Part shown: positions 41,005 through 51,349 of the stretch, one piece after another
Layout of the letters: every line of letters starts with the position of its first letter
Numbering within the stretch: the first letter of the stretch is position 1
Translations under genes and position numbers: made by a program
The notes under the pieces: model-generated
What the model was told of the DNA's origin: nothing
Seen by the model: only the letters and a program-made list of their open reading frames with translations
Database searches by the model: none
Assembly: GCA_002070185.1 (NCBI GenBank)
Contig: MWCT01000002.1
Location: 256,492 to 320,491, forward strand
DNA: 64,000 nt
Origin: a candidate division BRC1 bacterium ADurb.Bin183
GTDB lineage: Bacteria > Sumerlaeota > Sumerlaeia > MWCT01
Direction of reading: 5' to 3'

Positions 41005-42882
41005 ATGATATTTAAACGCCTCTTTTTATCCCTGCTTCTTTTTTCAACATTCATGACATCTTTTCTTTTTGCCGACAGCATTATCATGAAAAATGGCAAG
41101 AAAATCGAAGGTCGCATTTTGAAGGAAGAAGAAAACTCTATCACAATTATGACCGCCGCCACATCCATCGTCATAGCGCGAGCCAATATTGAATCTATCG
41201 AACGGGATCAGGTTTTATCGCCCAATGAAATACAAGGGGACATCGCCGTTGAGGACAAACGCTATAATGACGCCTTGAGTTATTATCAAGCCGCTTTGAA
41301 CGAAACGCAGAACAAGGAAAGCCTTCAAAAAAAGATCGCCGAATTACAAAAGATTCAAGAGGAAGAAGTCTCCCGCCGTTTTGGTCAGCAGCTGAAACAG
41401 GCGGATAGGTTGTTGGAGATGAAGGATTTTGACGGTGCGGAATCGTTGCTAAAGCAAATCCTCGATACGCTTCCTAATGAATCCCTTGCTAAGCCTGTCA
41501 AGGATAAGCTGGCGCATCTTTATTATTGCAGGGCGTTAGAATACCAAAACACCGTGGATGACGCTAAGGCGTTTGAATTTCTGAAAAAGTCCATCGCCGC
41601 ATCGGACAAGGCATACGAGGCGCGGTTGATGATTGCCGATATCCTTGCCAATAATCCCAAAAACAATGATCAGGCTGTGGAAAATTATCTGAGCGGGCTG
41701 GAGGCGGCGGGGGATAAACTTTCCAAATCTGATAAAGCGCGCTATCATCGCAAGGTTGCGGTTATATTTGAGCAACAGCATAAATATATGGAGGCGATTG
41801 AACAGCATAAATTTATTTTAGAATTAGACCCGGTAAGTTTTCCCGATACAAAAGAGCGGATTGTTACGGCGTATTGTTATCTTGCGGCGCAAACCCCGCC
41901 TTCGGATTATAATAAAAGGTTGGAATACCTGACAGCTGCAGTCGAAACGGATACTTATTCCACAACCGCCCGTTATTCGCTAGCGTATTTTTATTACGAG
42001 AATAATAAAATTGAGGATTCCATCAATCAGTGGACTCACCTTATTAATATGAATGCGCGGATAACGGGGATTCATTATTATCTGGGCATGTGTTATCTGA
42101 AACAGAAAAAATATGAGAACGCAAAAGATTCATTTGAGCGCGAGCTGGCGCTTGACCCCAATAATTATGACGCGCTTTGCGCTATCGGCGATTATTATCT
42201 GACCGGCGGAAAATATGAGCAGGCAATCGCCAACTATGAAAAAGCAAAAAATGTCAGCATCGAAAAATACAGAGCGTATCTCGGTCTGGCGAGGGCATAC
42301 AAAAAACTGGAGCAGCCGCAGCAGGCGCGCGAAAATCTGGATCTGGTTTTCAAGACGAATCCTGAACATATTGAAGCGACCATTCTTTCCGGGGCTTTAT
42401 ACAAGGATGACAAAGACCATAAAAAAGCGCGGGAGCTTTTCGATAATGTTGTGAGCCGTCTTAAAGAAAAGGGGCAATTGGAAGATCCCGAAAGCAAAGA
42501 CCTGCTCATCGAGGCGCTGAACCAGCGGGGGGAGTTGAACCTAATTCTGGATAGTCCGCGCATCGCCCTTGCGGATTTCAATGAGGCGTTGAAATACCAG
42601 CCAGATTTTGCGGAATCTTTTTACCTAATTGCGCAGGCGCACTCCAAGATGAGCAACTTCAAAGAAGCCGAGGAGAATTATATCAAGGCGCAGATGCTCG
42701 ACCCCAAAAACCCGAAATATTATTTAGGGCTTGGCATCCTGTATCACACAAAAATGAAGGAAACCCAAAAGGCGGTTCCGCAATATACAAAATATATTGA
42801 ACTGGGCGGCGAGGATTTTGAAAAGGTTAACGACTGGATTAAGGAATGCGGCGGTCAGCCGGTGAGCCCCATAACTCATTAG
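41005..42882 (+). CDS. Secreted tetratricopeptide (TPR) repeat protein
   Basis: 625 aa with a signal peptide. Multiple TPR-like 34-aa repeats (AxxYYxxAL ... , YLGMCYLKQKKYENAKDSFERELALDPNNYDALCAIGDYY). Confidence 0.7.
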   Translation: MIFKRLFLSLLLFSTFMTSFLFADSIIMKNGKKIEGRILKEEENSITIMTAATSIVIARANIESIERDQVLSPNEIQGDIAVEDKRYNDALSYYQAALNETQNKESLQKKIAELQKIQEEEVSRRFGQQLKQADRLLEMKDFDGAESLLKQILDTLPNESLAKPVKDKLAHLYYCRALEYQNTVDDAKAFEFLKKSIAASDKAYEARLMIADILANNPKNNDQAVENYLSGLEAAGDKLSKSDKARYHRKVAVIFEQQHKYMEAIEQHKFILELDPVSFPDTKERIVTAYCYLAAQTPPSDYNKRLEYLTAAVETDTYSTTARYSLAYFYYENNKIEDSINQWTHLINMNARITGIHYYLGMCYLKQKKYENAKDSFERELALDPNNYDALCAIGDYYLTGGKYEQAIANYEKAKNVSIEKYRAYLGLARAYKKLEQPQQARENLDLVFKTNPEHIEATILSGALYKDDKDHKKARELFDNVVSRLKEKGQLEDPESKDLLIEALNQRGELNLILDSPRIALADFNEALKYQPDFAESFYLIAQAHSKMSNFKEAEENYIKAQMLDPKNPKYYLGLGILYHTKMKETQKAVPQYTKYIELGGEDFEKVNDWIKECGGQPVSPITH

Positions 42883-42897
42883 CCCTCATTCAACATC

Positions 42898-43800
42898 ATG
42901 AAACCCCGATACATAATCCCGATAATTTTGAATGTTTTTTTGTTATTATCGGGATGTTCTTTTTTATCCAAAAAACCGGCGTCGCATCCTTATGAAAATC
43001 TTTTAACTATCATGGCAGACTGCCAGCGCGCGCTGGGAGCGGATATTTATCGCTTTGCCTATCCTGTGGACGCGGCGGGTCAGAATGTTTATAAAAGTTC
43101 GCTTGTTCGTCTTGCGAATTATGAGAAACTATATCCGGGGAAATTTACGGAGGCGCTGACTTTTATGCGGGCGCGGCTATATGAACGTCTGGGAGATTAT
43201 TCGCAGGCTAGGCATTATTACGGACAGACCGCGGCAATGAAGGGCGAATTGGCGGAACTCGCCGAGGATAGGCTGCCGATTGCGGACAATTTTGATACCA
43301 TAACAGGACATGTTATACGCGCCAGAACAGCGGAGGAATATCAGCGGGAATCGGCGTTGAAGATGGAGTCGCTGCGGACGCTCATCGAGAAATGCGCCGG
43401 TCTGGATGCCGAGCCGCTTGCGCGCGTTGAGCTTGAAAAGGCGGAGGTGGATTATGCAGTTTTTCTACAGGACAACCGCCATCTTTTAAAAGAGGGAACG
43501 CGCCTTGCCATTGAAAAATGGAAAGAAATCATTAGCAGTCATTCGGAGAGCAAGAACCTTCCTTCTCATCGCATTCATTTGGCAGATTTTTATTATTCGC
43601 TGGCAAAGGAATATGTGTCATGGGTTCCGCCCGAGCGCATTGGATTCGAGTGGAAGGTTTTTGAAAATTTTGCCATTCAGGCTCGCGATATTTATTATGA
43701 GGTCAGCCAGATGGACGGCTTTCCCGAAAAGCGCGAAGGTCGCGCTAAATTGGAGGCAATCCTCGCCTTCATCGAAACCACGCGCAAGCGCAGCCAATGA
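42898..43800 (+). CDS. Hypothetical helical lipoprotein
   Basis: Lipobox LLSGCSF after the signal peptide. 15 nt downstream of the TPR gene. Confidence 0.5.
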   Translation: MKPRYIIPIILNVFLLLSGCSFLSKKPASHPYENLLTIMADCQRALGADIYRFAYPVDAAGQNVYKSSLVRLANYEKLYPGKFTEALTFMRARLYERLGDYSQARHYYGQTAAMKGELAELAEDRLPIADNFDTITGHVIRARTAEEYQRESALKMESLRTLIEKCAGLDAEPLARVELEKAEVDYAVFLQDNRHLLKEGTRLAIEKWKEIISSHSESKNLPSHRIHLADFYYSLAKEYVSWVPPERIGFEWKVFENFAIQARDIYYEVSQMDGFPEKREGRAKLEAILAFIETTRKRSQ

Positions 43801-43989
43801 GAATATAAATTCTTGACGGCGAAAAACAGTTCGCATTATTGACACTAAATTTGAGCCCTTGCGTGTTAAAGTGTGCGGATTTTTTTTAGCGATGAGGCGT
43901 CTCCTTTAATTATCTTAGTCCGGCAAAAAGGCGCTCCTGTTGCGGTTTAGCACCAAATTGCAAGACTTTGTGCGCCATCAAAAAAATCA

Positions 43990-44652
43990 ATGTCCGTGAA
44001 AATCAAAATCTGCGGGATAACAAATGTCGAGGATGCGCTGGCGGGTCTTCGGGCGGGGGCGGATTATATCGGAATGGTTTTTTATCCCAAAAGCCCGCGC
44101 TATGTCTCGCTGGAACGGGCGGAACATATCGTCCAATTCGTCCAAGGACAGGGCTTCCCGGATGCTCGATTCATTGGAGTGTTTGTCAATGAGCCGCCAA
44201 AAAAAGCGGCGGGGCTTGTCGAGCGGTTGGGGCTTTTTGCGGCGCAGATTCACGGGGATGAGCCGGAGGAGTATTTTGAACATCTGGGATCGTGCAGATT
44301 TATCCGAACCATCCGCGTGAAAAGCGAAGAGAGTCTTTCGGCGTTAGGACGCGGCGGGGCGGCATGGGCATGGTTGTGCGATGCCTATTCCGAGCAATAC
44401 GGCGGCGCGGGAAAAAAGATTGACGCCGCTATGCTCGCCCCTTATGTCTCGCGGCATCGAATATTTTTGGCGGGGGGACTAACGCCGGAAAATATTTCTG
44501 ATGCTTTAAAACAAATTAAGCCTTATGGCGTGGATGTTTCCAGCGGCGTGGAAATCGCGCCGGGAAAAAAAAGCCATGAGAAAATTATGGCTTTTATAAA
44601 ATCAGTTAAAGAAGCAGACAATGAAGCAAAAAATAAAAACACAACTTCCTGA
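43990..44652 (+). CDS. trpF: Phosphoribosylanthranilate isomerase
   Basis: [39 protein letters not shown] is the canonical TrpF N-terminus. Monofunctional, not fused to trpC. Confidence 0.85.
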   Translation: MSVKIKICGITNVEDALAGLRAGADYIGMVFYPKSPRYVSLERAEHIVQFVQGQGFPDARFIGVFVNEPPKKAAGLVERLGLFAAQIHGDEPEEYFEHLGSCRFIRTIRVKSEESLSALGRGGAAWAWLCDAYSEQYGGAGKKIDAAMLAPYVSRHRIFLAGGLTPENISDALKQIKPYGVDVSSGVEIAPGKKSHEKIMAFIKSVKEADNEAKNKNTTS

Positions 44653-45829
44653 TTCAATGGGGCATTACGGACCTTTTGGCGGGCGATATGTTCCCGAGAC
44701 GCTGATGCGGGCGTTGACAGAGCTGGAACGGGAATACCATCGGCTGAAAAAAGACGCCGCTTTTCAAAAAGAACTGGATGATTTATTGAAAAACTATGCG
44801 GGGCGTCCCACTCCTTTATATTATGCGCGGCGCCTTTCCGCCGCTTTGGAAAAAGGCAAAGCCCGCATATTTCTGAAACGCGAAGACCTTGCGCACACAG
44901 GCGCTCATAAAATCAATAACACGCTGGGGCAGGGGCTCCTTGCCAAGCATTTGCGCAAAAAGCGCATCATCGCAGAAACGGGGGCGGGACAACATGGGGT
45001 CGCCACGGCAACTGTCGCAGCTCTTTTGGATATGGCGTGCGATGTTTATATGGGCGAGGAAGATATTGAGCGCCAAAAGTTGAACGTCTTTCGGATGGAA
45101 CTCCTCGGCGCGCGGGTCATTCCGGTTTCTTCGGGAACGCGGACGCTGAAGGACGCCACCAATGAGGCGATGCGCGACTGGATGGCGAATGTGGATAGCA
45201 CGCACTATATCATCGGTTCAGTTGTGGGACCTCATCCTTTTCCGATGATAGTTAGAGATTTGCAATCGGTAATCGGAAAAGAGACAAAGTATCAATTGAA
45301 AAAAATGGCGGGACGCTTGCCGGATCATCTTGTGGCATGCGTGGGCGGCGGCAGCAATTCCATGGGACTTTTTGCTCCTTTTTTCAAGGATATGTCTGTG
45401 AAATTTAGCGGTGTTGAGGCGGCGGGATTCGGCATCTCATCGGGGAAACACGCCGCTTCCATCAGCATGGGCGAAATCGGTGTTTTTCACGGGAGCAAGA
45501 GCTATGTTTTACAAACGGCGGACGGTCAGATTACGCCGGCTCATTCGATTTCTGCGGGTCTGGATTATCCGGGCGTGGGACCGGAGCATAGTTTTTATCA
45601 TTGGAGCGGGCGCGCGGAATATGCGGGCGTGACGGACAAGGAGGCTTTGGAGGGGTGTTCTTTGCTTGCTAAAACGGAGGGGATTATATGCGCTCTTGAG
45701 ACAGCTCATGCGATTGCATATTTACGAAGGCTTGTGCCAAAGGTTAAAAAGGGGGCGCTAATCGTTGTCTGTCTTTCGGGTCGCGGGGACAAAGATGTAT
45801 TTACTCTTGAGAAGAATTTGGCAAGGTAA
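44621..45829 (+). CDS. trpB: Tryptophan synthase beta chain
   Basis: [18 protein letters not shown]-binding [19 protein letters not shown]. Start may be the downstream Met (44660). Confidence 0.9.
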   Translation: MKQKIKTQLPDSMGHYGPFGGRYVPETLMRALTELEREYHRLKKDAAFQKELDDLLKNYAGRPTPLYYARRLSAALEKGKARIFLKREDLAHTGAHKINNTLGQGLLAKHLRKKRIIAETGAGQHGVATATVAALLDMACDVYMGEEDIERQKLNVFRMELLGARVIPVSSGTRTLKDATNEAMRDWMANVDSTHYIIGSVVGPHPFPMIVRDLQSVIGKETKYQLKKMAGRLPDHLVACVGGGSNSMGLFAPFFKDMSVKFSGVEAAGFGISSGKHAASISMGEIGVFHGSKSYVLQTADGQITPAHSISAGLDYPGVGPEHSFYHWSGRAEYAGVTDKEALEGCSLLAKTEGIICALETAHAIAYLRRLVPKVKKGALIVVCLSGRGDKDVFTLEKNLAR

Positions 45830-45934
45830 GCCGGCAAGATAAAGCGGTTAAATGACAGATGGTCGGGCGCGATATATCAAGGCTATACAGGGTAACATGG
45901 GAACTGGCGAATCAGTTAACAAAGGGCAAAAAAG

Positions 45935-46726
45935 ATGAACAGGATAGAAAACCTTTTTAATAAAAAACGCAAAAGCGGTAAATCGGCGTTAATTTTTTAT
46001 TTGACGGCTGGGTATCCGGATTTGATGACAACGGAGGCGTTGCTGCCGGCGCTGGAGAAGGCGGGGGCGGATATGGTTGAACTGGGCGTTCCTTTTTCCG
46101 ACCCTATCGCAGACGGTCCGGTCATACAAAAAGCCTCTTCGGATGCACTTGAAAAAGGCGCAACAGTCAAAAAAATCCTTTCGATTGTTCATCGCTTCCG
46201 CAAAAAATCGGAAATGCCGATAGTTCTTTTTGGCGCGTTCAACCCTTTTTATAAATTCGGTCTGGAAAAGCTGGTGAAGGAATGCGCTCGCATCGGCGCG
46301 GACGGGTTGCTTGTGCCCGACCTGCCGCCGGAAGAGGCGGAAGAGTTGATTTCATTTTGCGACGATGCGGGGTTATGCCATATCTTTCTTGCCTCGCCGA
46401 CCACATCGCCCGAACGCTCCCGTTTAATTGTGGAAAAATCAACGGGGTTTATTTATTATATTTCCACAAGGGGCGTGACGGGCGCAAGGGACAAACTGGA
46501 TAAATCCATACTTGCGCAAGTTAAAAAAATTAAAAGTTTGACGGAAAAACCTGTGGCTGTGGGATTTGGAATATCCAAGCCTGAGCATGTGGCGTGGCTT
46601 CGCGGCAAAGCGGACGGCATCATCGTTGGGAGCGCGCTCATCAAAGAGATAGGAAAAGGCGCGAGCGTTGAAGAGCGGGTGCAACTGGCATCGCAGTTCA
46701 CAAGAAAACTGGCTCTAATGCTATAA
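45935..46726 (+). CDS. trpA: Tryptophan synthase alpha chain
   Basis: LIFYLTAGYPD ... VELGVPFSDPIADGPVIQ is the signature TrpA motif. Confidence 0.9.
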   Translation: MNRIENLFNKKRKSGKSALIFYLTAGYPDLMTTEALLPALEKAGADMVELGVPFSDPIADGPVIQKASSDALEKGATVKKILSIVHRFRKKSEMPIVLFGAFNPFYKFGLEKLVKECARIGADGLLVPDLPPEEAEELISFCDDAGLCHIFLASPTTSPERSRLIVEKSTGFIYYISTRGVTGARDKLDKSILAQVKKIKSLTEKPVAVGFGISKPEHVAWLRGKADGIIVGSALIKEIGKGASVEERVQLASQFTRKLALML

Positions 46727-46731
46727 GTTTT

Positions 46732-47607
46732 TTATTCTTTTTTTTCCGTCAATTCAAGAAATATCACTTCGACAAGGCTCTGCCAACGGCGACCGCCGGG
46801 ACGCGCGGGGGCATCCTCAACTCCCATAATTCTTTTCACATCTTCAAGCGATTTGCCTTCCTGCGCTAACGTTTTGACCCTTGCCTGTTTTTCTTCTATC
46901 ATGGCGAGAAGGTTTTCAACGGTTTTTCTATCCACAGGTTCGCTGTGTCCGCTGAGATAAATATCCGCATCAAGTTGCAATACGGCTTTTAAAGCGGCGA
47001 CAAGACCAAAGGAACTTCCGTTTTTTGCGCGGTGGATAAGCGGATCGCGCCCGATGAAGATAAGGTCTCCTACGATAACGGCTTTTTCTGCGGGGAATAA
47101 AACCGCAATATCTCCGCTGGTGTGTGCGGGTCCGAAATAGAGCAGACGTATTTCCATGTCATCTATAAAAAGCGACAAGTCATTTTTGAATGTAACGTTG
47201 GGAAGCGGGATCTTAACCGGCGCGGTTTTATTAGCATCCGCCATCAATTGCCGCGTATTCTCGTGGGAAATAATGGTTAGGTTTGGCGGGAAGGCGGCTA
47301 ATCCATTGACATGGTCTCCATCGCTGTGCGTAAGGATGACGCGGCGAATGGGTTTGTCCGAGATGCCTTTGATAGCTGAGAGCAACATTTTTGCGGTTTG
47401 TGTTGTGATGGTGGCGTCAATGATGAGCGTTTCCTCTTTGCCGACATAAAAGAATGCGTTGCCGACGCTGCCGGTTGTTTGATAAAGATTGCCCCGCACA
47501 TGGATGGTAGCAAAGGGATTGGGCGCAGATGGCGCGGCAGGCGGGTAGCCCTGCTGTTGAGCGCGCAAGGGCATGAGAAACATTAGCGTGTAAAATAATG
47601 CTGTCAT
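46732..47607 (-). CDS. Secreted MBL-fold metallo-hydrolase
   Basis: Start set at MTALFYTLMFLMPLRAQQ (signal-like). Metal-binding THSDGDHVNG and the downstream GHSEP region. The ORF track extends 163 aa upstream without homology. Confidence 0.65.
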   Translation of the reverse strand: MTALFYTLMFLMPLRAQQQGYPPAAPSAPNPFATIHVRGNLYQTTGSVGNAFFYVGKEETLIIDATITTQTAKMLLSAIKGISDKPIRRVILTHSDGDHVNGLAAFPPNLTIISHENTRQLMADANKTAPVKIPLPNVTFKNDLSLFIDDMEIRLLYFGPAHTSGDIAVLFPAEKAVIVGDLIFIGRDPLIHRAKNGSSFGLVAALKAVLQLDADIYLSGHSEPVDRKTVENLLAMIEEKQARVKTLAQEGKSLEDVKRIMGVEDAPARPGGRRWQSLVEVIFLELTEKKE

Positions 47608-47638
47608 GGCAAAACCTCCTGATTGGATTTGATGCGCC

Positions 47639-49327
47639 TCAAGCGCGGACGATTTTGCGATAACGGGCGCGGCGGTTTTCAAAGGGTTTGACGCCTGCTT
47701 CTTTAATGCGCCATTCCTCATATTGCTGGTAGTTGCCTTCGAACCAGCGCACAAAGCCGCCGCCTTCAAAAACGAGGAGGTGCGTGCAAACTCGGTTGAG
47801 GAAAAAGCGGTCGTGGCTGATGAGCATGACACATCCGCTGAACGCATGAATGGCTTCTTCAAGAAGACGAAGCGTATTGACATCAAGGTCGTTTGTCGGC
47901 TCATCAAGCAGGAGAAGGTTGCCGCCTGTTTTGAGGAGTTTGGCGAGATGGCAGCGGTTGCGCTCTCCGCCGGAGAGGTCTTTGACTGCTTTTTGCTGGT
48001 CTGGACCGCGGAATCCGAATCGGGAGATATACTGCCGTGCTGGGACTTCCCGCCTGCCGATGAGTATCTCGGAGGCGCCGCCGCTGATTTCATCAAGGAC
48101 GCTGTGTTCTCCGACTAAATCATCGCGCCCCTGGCTAACATATGATAATTTTACGGTGCTGCCGAGGATGACTTCTCCAGCATCTGGTTTTTCTTCGCCA
48201 ACTATCATTTTGAATAGCGTTGTTTTGCCAGCGCCATTGGGACCGACAAGCCCGACAACGGCGGCTTTGGGGAGAACGAAGTTTAATTCTTTGATAAGTA
48301 TTGCGTTGTCGAACCCTTTAGATACGTTGTGGAATTCAAGCACTTGATCTCCGAGGAGGGGTCCGGGCGCTATCTGAATGACGGATGCGTCATCTTTTAT
48401 GGAGGCGTTTTCGCGCGCGACGAGTTGCTCATATTCGGCGAGGCGATGGCGGGCAAGTTCGCGCCTGTCTTTGTTGCTCATGCGAATCCAGTCGAGTTCG
48501 CGCTGAAGGGTTTTGCGGCGGGAGGATTCTGTTTTCTCTGACGCCGCCATGCGTGTGATTTTTTGTTCGAGCCAAGATGAATAATTTCCCTCGAACGGGA
48601 TGCCATGCCCGCCTTCCAGTTCGAGAATCCATTTGGTAATATTATCAAGGAAATAGCGGTCGTGTGTGACGATGATGACCGTTCCCGGATAGTCCTTAAG
48701 CTGCGCTTCAAGCCAGTCAACGGTTTCGGCATCAAGGTGGTTGGTTGGCTCATCGAGCAGGAGGAGGTCGGGGCGTTCAAGGAGGGCTTTGCAAAGGGCG
48801 ACGCGTCTTTTTTCGCCTCCGCTCAATGTGCCGATGATGCGGTTATCGTCGGGAAGGCAGAGCGCTTCGCTGGCTTGATTGAGTTGTTGGTCGAGGTTCC
48901 AAGCATCGGCGGCGTCGAGTTTATCCTGAAGTTCGGCAAGGCGGTCGAGTGCGGCTTGCATGGCGTCGGGGTCAAGGTCGGCGCTCAGTTTTGCTGTAAC
49001 GTCGTCGTATTCAACCATGAGTTTCTGAATGTCCGAAAAGGCTGATTCCAGTTCCTGCCGGACGGTTTTATTTTCGTCCAGTTTAGGCTCCTGCGGGACG
49101 CATCCTGCTTTGTAGCCTTTTGAAATTTGCGCCTGACCGAGGAATTGGTCGTCCTGCCCGCCCATGATGCGAAGGACGGTGGATTTGCCTGAGCCGTTTT
49201 CGCCGACTATGCCGATTTTTGCGCCGGGGAAAAAACAGAGGGAGATGTCCTTGAGCACCTGTTTTTGTCCGTAGAACTTATTGAGTTTATACATTGTGAA
49301 GATATACTGGTCAGCCATGGCAATCAA
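47639..49327 (-). CDS. ettA: ABC-F family ATPase, energy-dependent translational throttle EttA
   Basis: 562 aa. Two ABC ATPase cassettes (GENGSGKST; GPNGAGKTT; signature LSGGEKRRVAL / LSGGERNRCHLA). No TM domain. Confidence 0.85.
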   Translation of the reverse strand: MIAMADQYIFTMYKLNKFYGQKQVLKDISLCFFPGAKIGIVGENGSGKSTVLRIMGGQDDQFLGQAQISKGYKAGCVPQEPKLDENKTVRQELESAFSDIQKLMVEYDDVTAKLSADLDPDAMQAALDRLAELQDKLDAADAWNLDQQLNQASEALCLPDDNRIIGTLSGGEKRRVALCKALLERPDLLLLDEPTNHLDAETVDWLEAQLKDYPGTVIIVTHDRYFLDNITKWILELEGGHGIPFEGNYSSWLEQKITRMAASEKTESSRRKTLQRELDWIRMSNKDRRELARHRLAEYEQLVARENASIKDDASVIQIAPGPLLGDQVLEFHNVSKGFDNAILIKELNFVLPKAAVVGLVGPNGAGKTTLFKMIVGEEKPDAGEVILGSTVKLSYVSQGRDDLVGEHSVLDEISGGASEILIGRREVPARQYISRFGFRGPDQQKAVKDLSGGERNRCHLAKLLKTGGNLLLLDEPTNDLDVNTLRLLEEAIHAFSGCVMLISHDRFFLNRVCTHLLVFEGGGFVRWFEGNYQQYEEWRIKEAGVKPFENRRARYRKIVRA

Positions 49328-49343
49328 ACCTCGTATGTGGAGT

Positions 49344-51266
49344 TTATGGTATGGGACGCCGCGCTATGGCGAAATTTTTCGTCCAGAATTCATCGTATAA
49401 TGGGTCGGCGGGGTCGTAGCTGGAAACTTGCACCTCCGGCGGAGAGGAATGGAGATAGCGTTTGCCGCCGATGGAGATGCCCACGTGATATATTTTGCCT
49501 GTATTGTGGTCGAAAAAGAAAAGCAGGTCGCCGGGTTGAAGCGGGGGCATATACCATCTCGCGGCGACCATGCGCCCCATAATCACTTGTTGACGGGCAT
49601 CGCGCGGCAGGGCAAGTCCCGCCGCCGCCCATGCGACGCTTGTGAGACCGGAACAATCCGCGCCTATCGCGCTTTTTCCTGCGAAGACGTATGGCGTTGT
49701 GAGATATTCCGCAGCTGCCTGCGCGGCAAGCGAACCGGCGCGCGGTTGAGAGGGCAGCCGAAGAACGTCCAATGGGACGATAACCTCTTGCTTGCCTTTT
49801 ATGGCTCGTACGCTTTTGGGCAGGCGCAACGCCGCCGTTGTGGCGTTATCCTGCGAGAGGAGCGGAAGCGATGCGCCGGCGGGGAGGCGAAAATCATCGG
49901 CTAGATAATCTTTGATTAAAACAGCGCGGGAGGCATCCGCCCATTCGGAAAACGTCTTTTCATCCATGCGGAGGATTGCCTCGCTGCGCACCCATCCGAT
50001 ATATCCATCCCAGCCCTGAATGTGGTAATAGGCGCCGTCAGGAGTGGCATCAAGGAGATATACGCAATCGCCGAGGAGGAGCTGGGTCTCCCCTTTTGCG
50101 CCGGCAGGGTCTTCGACAGGTTCGCTCCATACGATAGCCATGGGGATTTGCGTCACGCCAAAACAGTCGAGCCCCAGCCGCGCGGAGGGGAGTTCCTCCA
50201 TCTCATTGACAAGGGGGACGCAGCCGACAGTTTTTAATATTGCCTCAAGTGTATTGGAGAAGAGGGCGAAGTTGGTTGCGCCGCGGAGAACCCATCCATC
50301 GGGCGTTTTTTCGATTCCGGCGCGCAGGAGGAAAAAAGTGGAGTCCGAGAAGACGCGCTGGCGGTATTGGGCTATGATGAATTGCGCCTCTTTGGAGGTT
50401 TGAGGCGGATGGGGGAAGACCCAGAGGGATGCGGCAAGCGACTCGATAGGGGATGCGATTGTCTGGGTTGCGGGTGAGTCTTCATCCGCTATAATATCCG
50501 CATAAACCTTTTTTCTGAGGGCTTCGAGTTCTGCGCGATGCTCTTGCCACATGCGGACAACGGCGTTATAGGCGCCGATTGCCTCAGCGCGATGGCTGCC
50601 GCGTTTGCTGACCCATGCGTCAAACTCTGGATTTGTCAGGAAGCCGAATTCCACGCAAGCGGAAGGGATATCCAAAGCAGAGACAAGAGGATGTTCATTT
50701 GACCATGCATCAAAAGGTTCGGCGTGGTGGACTTTTTTTTCAATCTCTTCGCGGAGGATGGCGGCAAAGGCGCGTTCAAGGGGCTGATCGTTGCCGGCGG
50801 AGTCTTTGGGATAAATGAGAATCATGACGCCATCGGCAGTGGGGCGTCCGGCGGCGTTATGATGAAGCGAAAGAAAAAGATGGGAGGCGGTCTGCCTTGC
50901 GATTTGAGTTCTTGCGCCGAGTTCTTCGGCTCGCGGCGTGTTGCCGAGCGTGACCTTGCGGTCATCCCAGCGAGTCATATAGACCTTTGCGCCCGCGGCG
51001 ATGAGATGGTGGCGAAGCTGTGCGGCGACGAGCATATTGAGGTCTTGTTCAACGACGCGGCTCTTCACGCCTCGCGCGCTTCCTGAGTAGCCTTCCTGAT
51101 GCGAAAACCCGCCGTGCCCGGCGTCGAGTGTGATAATCAAACCTTTGAGCGGCTTCCCTTCTGGGGTGAAAGGAGTTTCGGGCGCAAGTGCAAGAGGAAG
51201 GATAATCTGCGCAGGGCAAAAGAGAGTAACGAACGCAATCAGGATAATGAGTATTAATCGTATCAA
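49344..51266 (-). CDS. Multi-domain murein hydrolase: Amidase_3 (N-acetylmuramoyl-L-alanine amidase) plus central domains plus C-terminal NlpC/P60 peptidase
   Basis: N-terminal ITLDAGHGGFSHQEGYSGSARG ... SLHHNA (amidase_3). C-terminal GADCSGLTSVAWAAAGLALPRD ... IYHVGISIGGKRYLHSS (C40 Cys/His). Signal peptide. AGGAGG SD. Confidence 0.75.
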   Translation of the reverse strand: MIRLILIILIAFVTLFCPAQIILPLALAPETPFTPEGKPLKGLIITLDAGHGGFSHQEGYSGSARGVKSRVVEQDLNMLVAAQLRHHLIAAGAKVYMTRWDDRKVTLGNTPRAEELGARTQIARQTASHLFLSLHHNAAGRPTADGVMILIYPKDSAGNDQPLERAFAAILREEIEKKVHHAEPFDAWSNEHPLVSALDIPSACVEFGFLTNPEFDAWVSKRGSHRAEAIGAYNAVVRMWQEHRAELEALRKKVYADIIADEDSPATQTIASPIESLAASLWVFPHPPQTSKEAQFIIAQYRQRVFSDSTFFLLRAGIEKTPDGWVLRGATNFALFSNTLEAILKTVGCVPLVNEMEELPSARLGLDCFGVTQIPMAIVWSEPVEDPAGAKGETQLLLGDCVYLLDATPDGAYYHIQGWDGYIGWVRSEAILRMDEKTFSEWADASRAVLIKDYLADDFRLPAGASLPLLSQDNATTAALRLPKSVRAIKGKQEVIVPLDVLRLPSQPRAGSLAAQAAAEYLTTPYVFAGKSAIGADCSGLTSVAWAAAGLALPRDARQQVIMGRMVAARWYMPPLQPGDLLFFFDHNTGKIYHVGISIGGKRYLHSSPPEVQVSSYDPADPLYDEFWTKNFAIARRPIP

Positions 51267-51287
51267 TATAACACCTCCTGTGGTCTT

Positions 51288-51320
51288 GGAAAAGAAAACC
51301 CCCGGCGATATAACCGGGGG
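51288..51320 (-). terminator. Rho-independent terminator ending the pil/giant-protein transcription unit
   Basis: Minus-strand CCCCCGG-ttatatcg-CCGGGGG hairpin followed by TTTTCTTTTCC, 30 nt after the stop of the 1553-aa gene. Confidence 0.75.
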
Positions 51321-51349
51321 ATTTGTTGAGGGAAACGTTTCATTAAAAA

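Noticed and set aside
46732-48096. ORF-track extension of the MBL-fold gene to 454 aa, overlapping ettA
   Set aside because: The extension is Ser/Ala/Thr-rich low complexity and overlaps the well-supported ettA gene in another frame. The MBL homology and a signal peptide start at MTALFY (47607).
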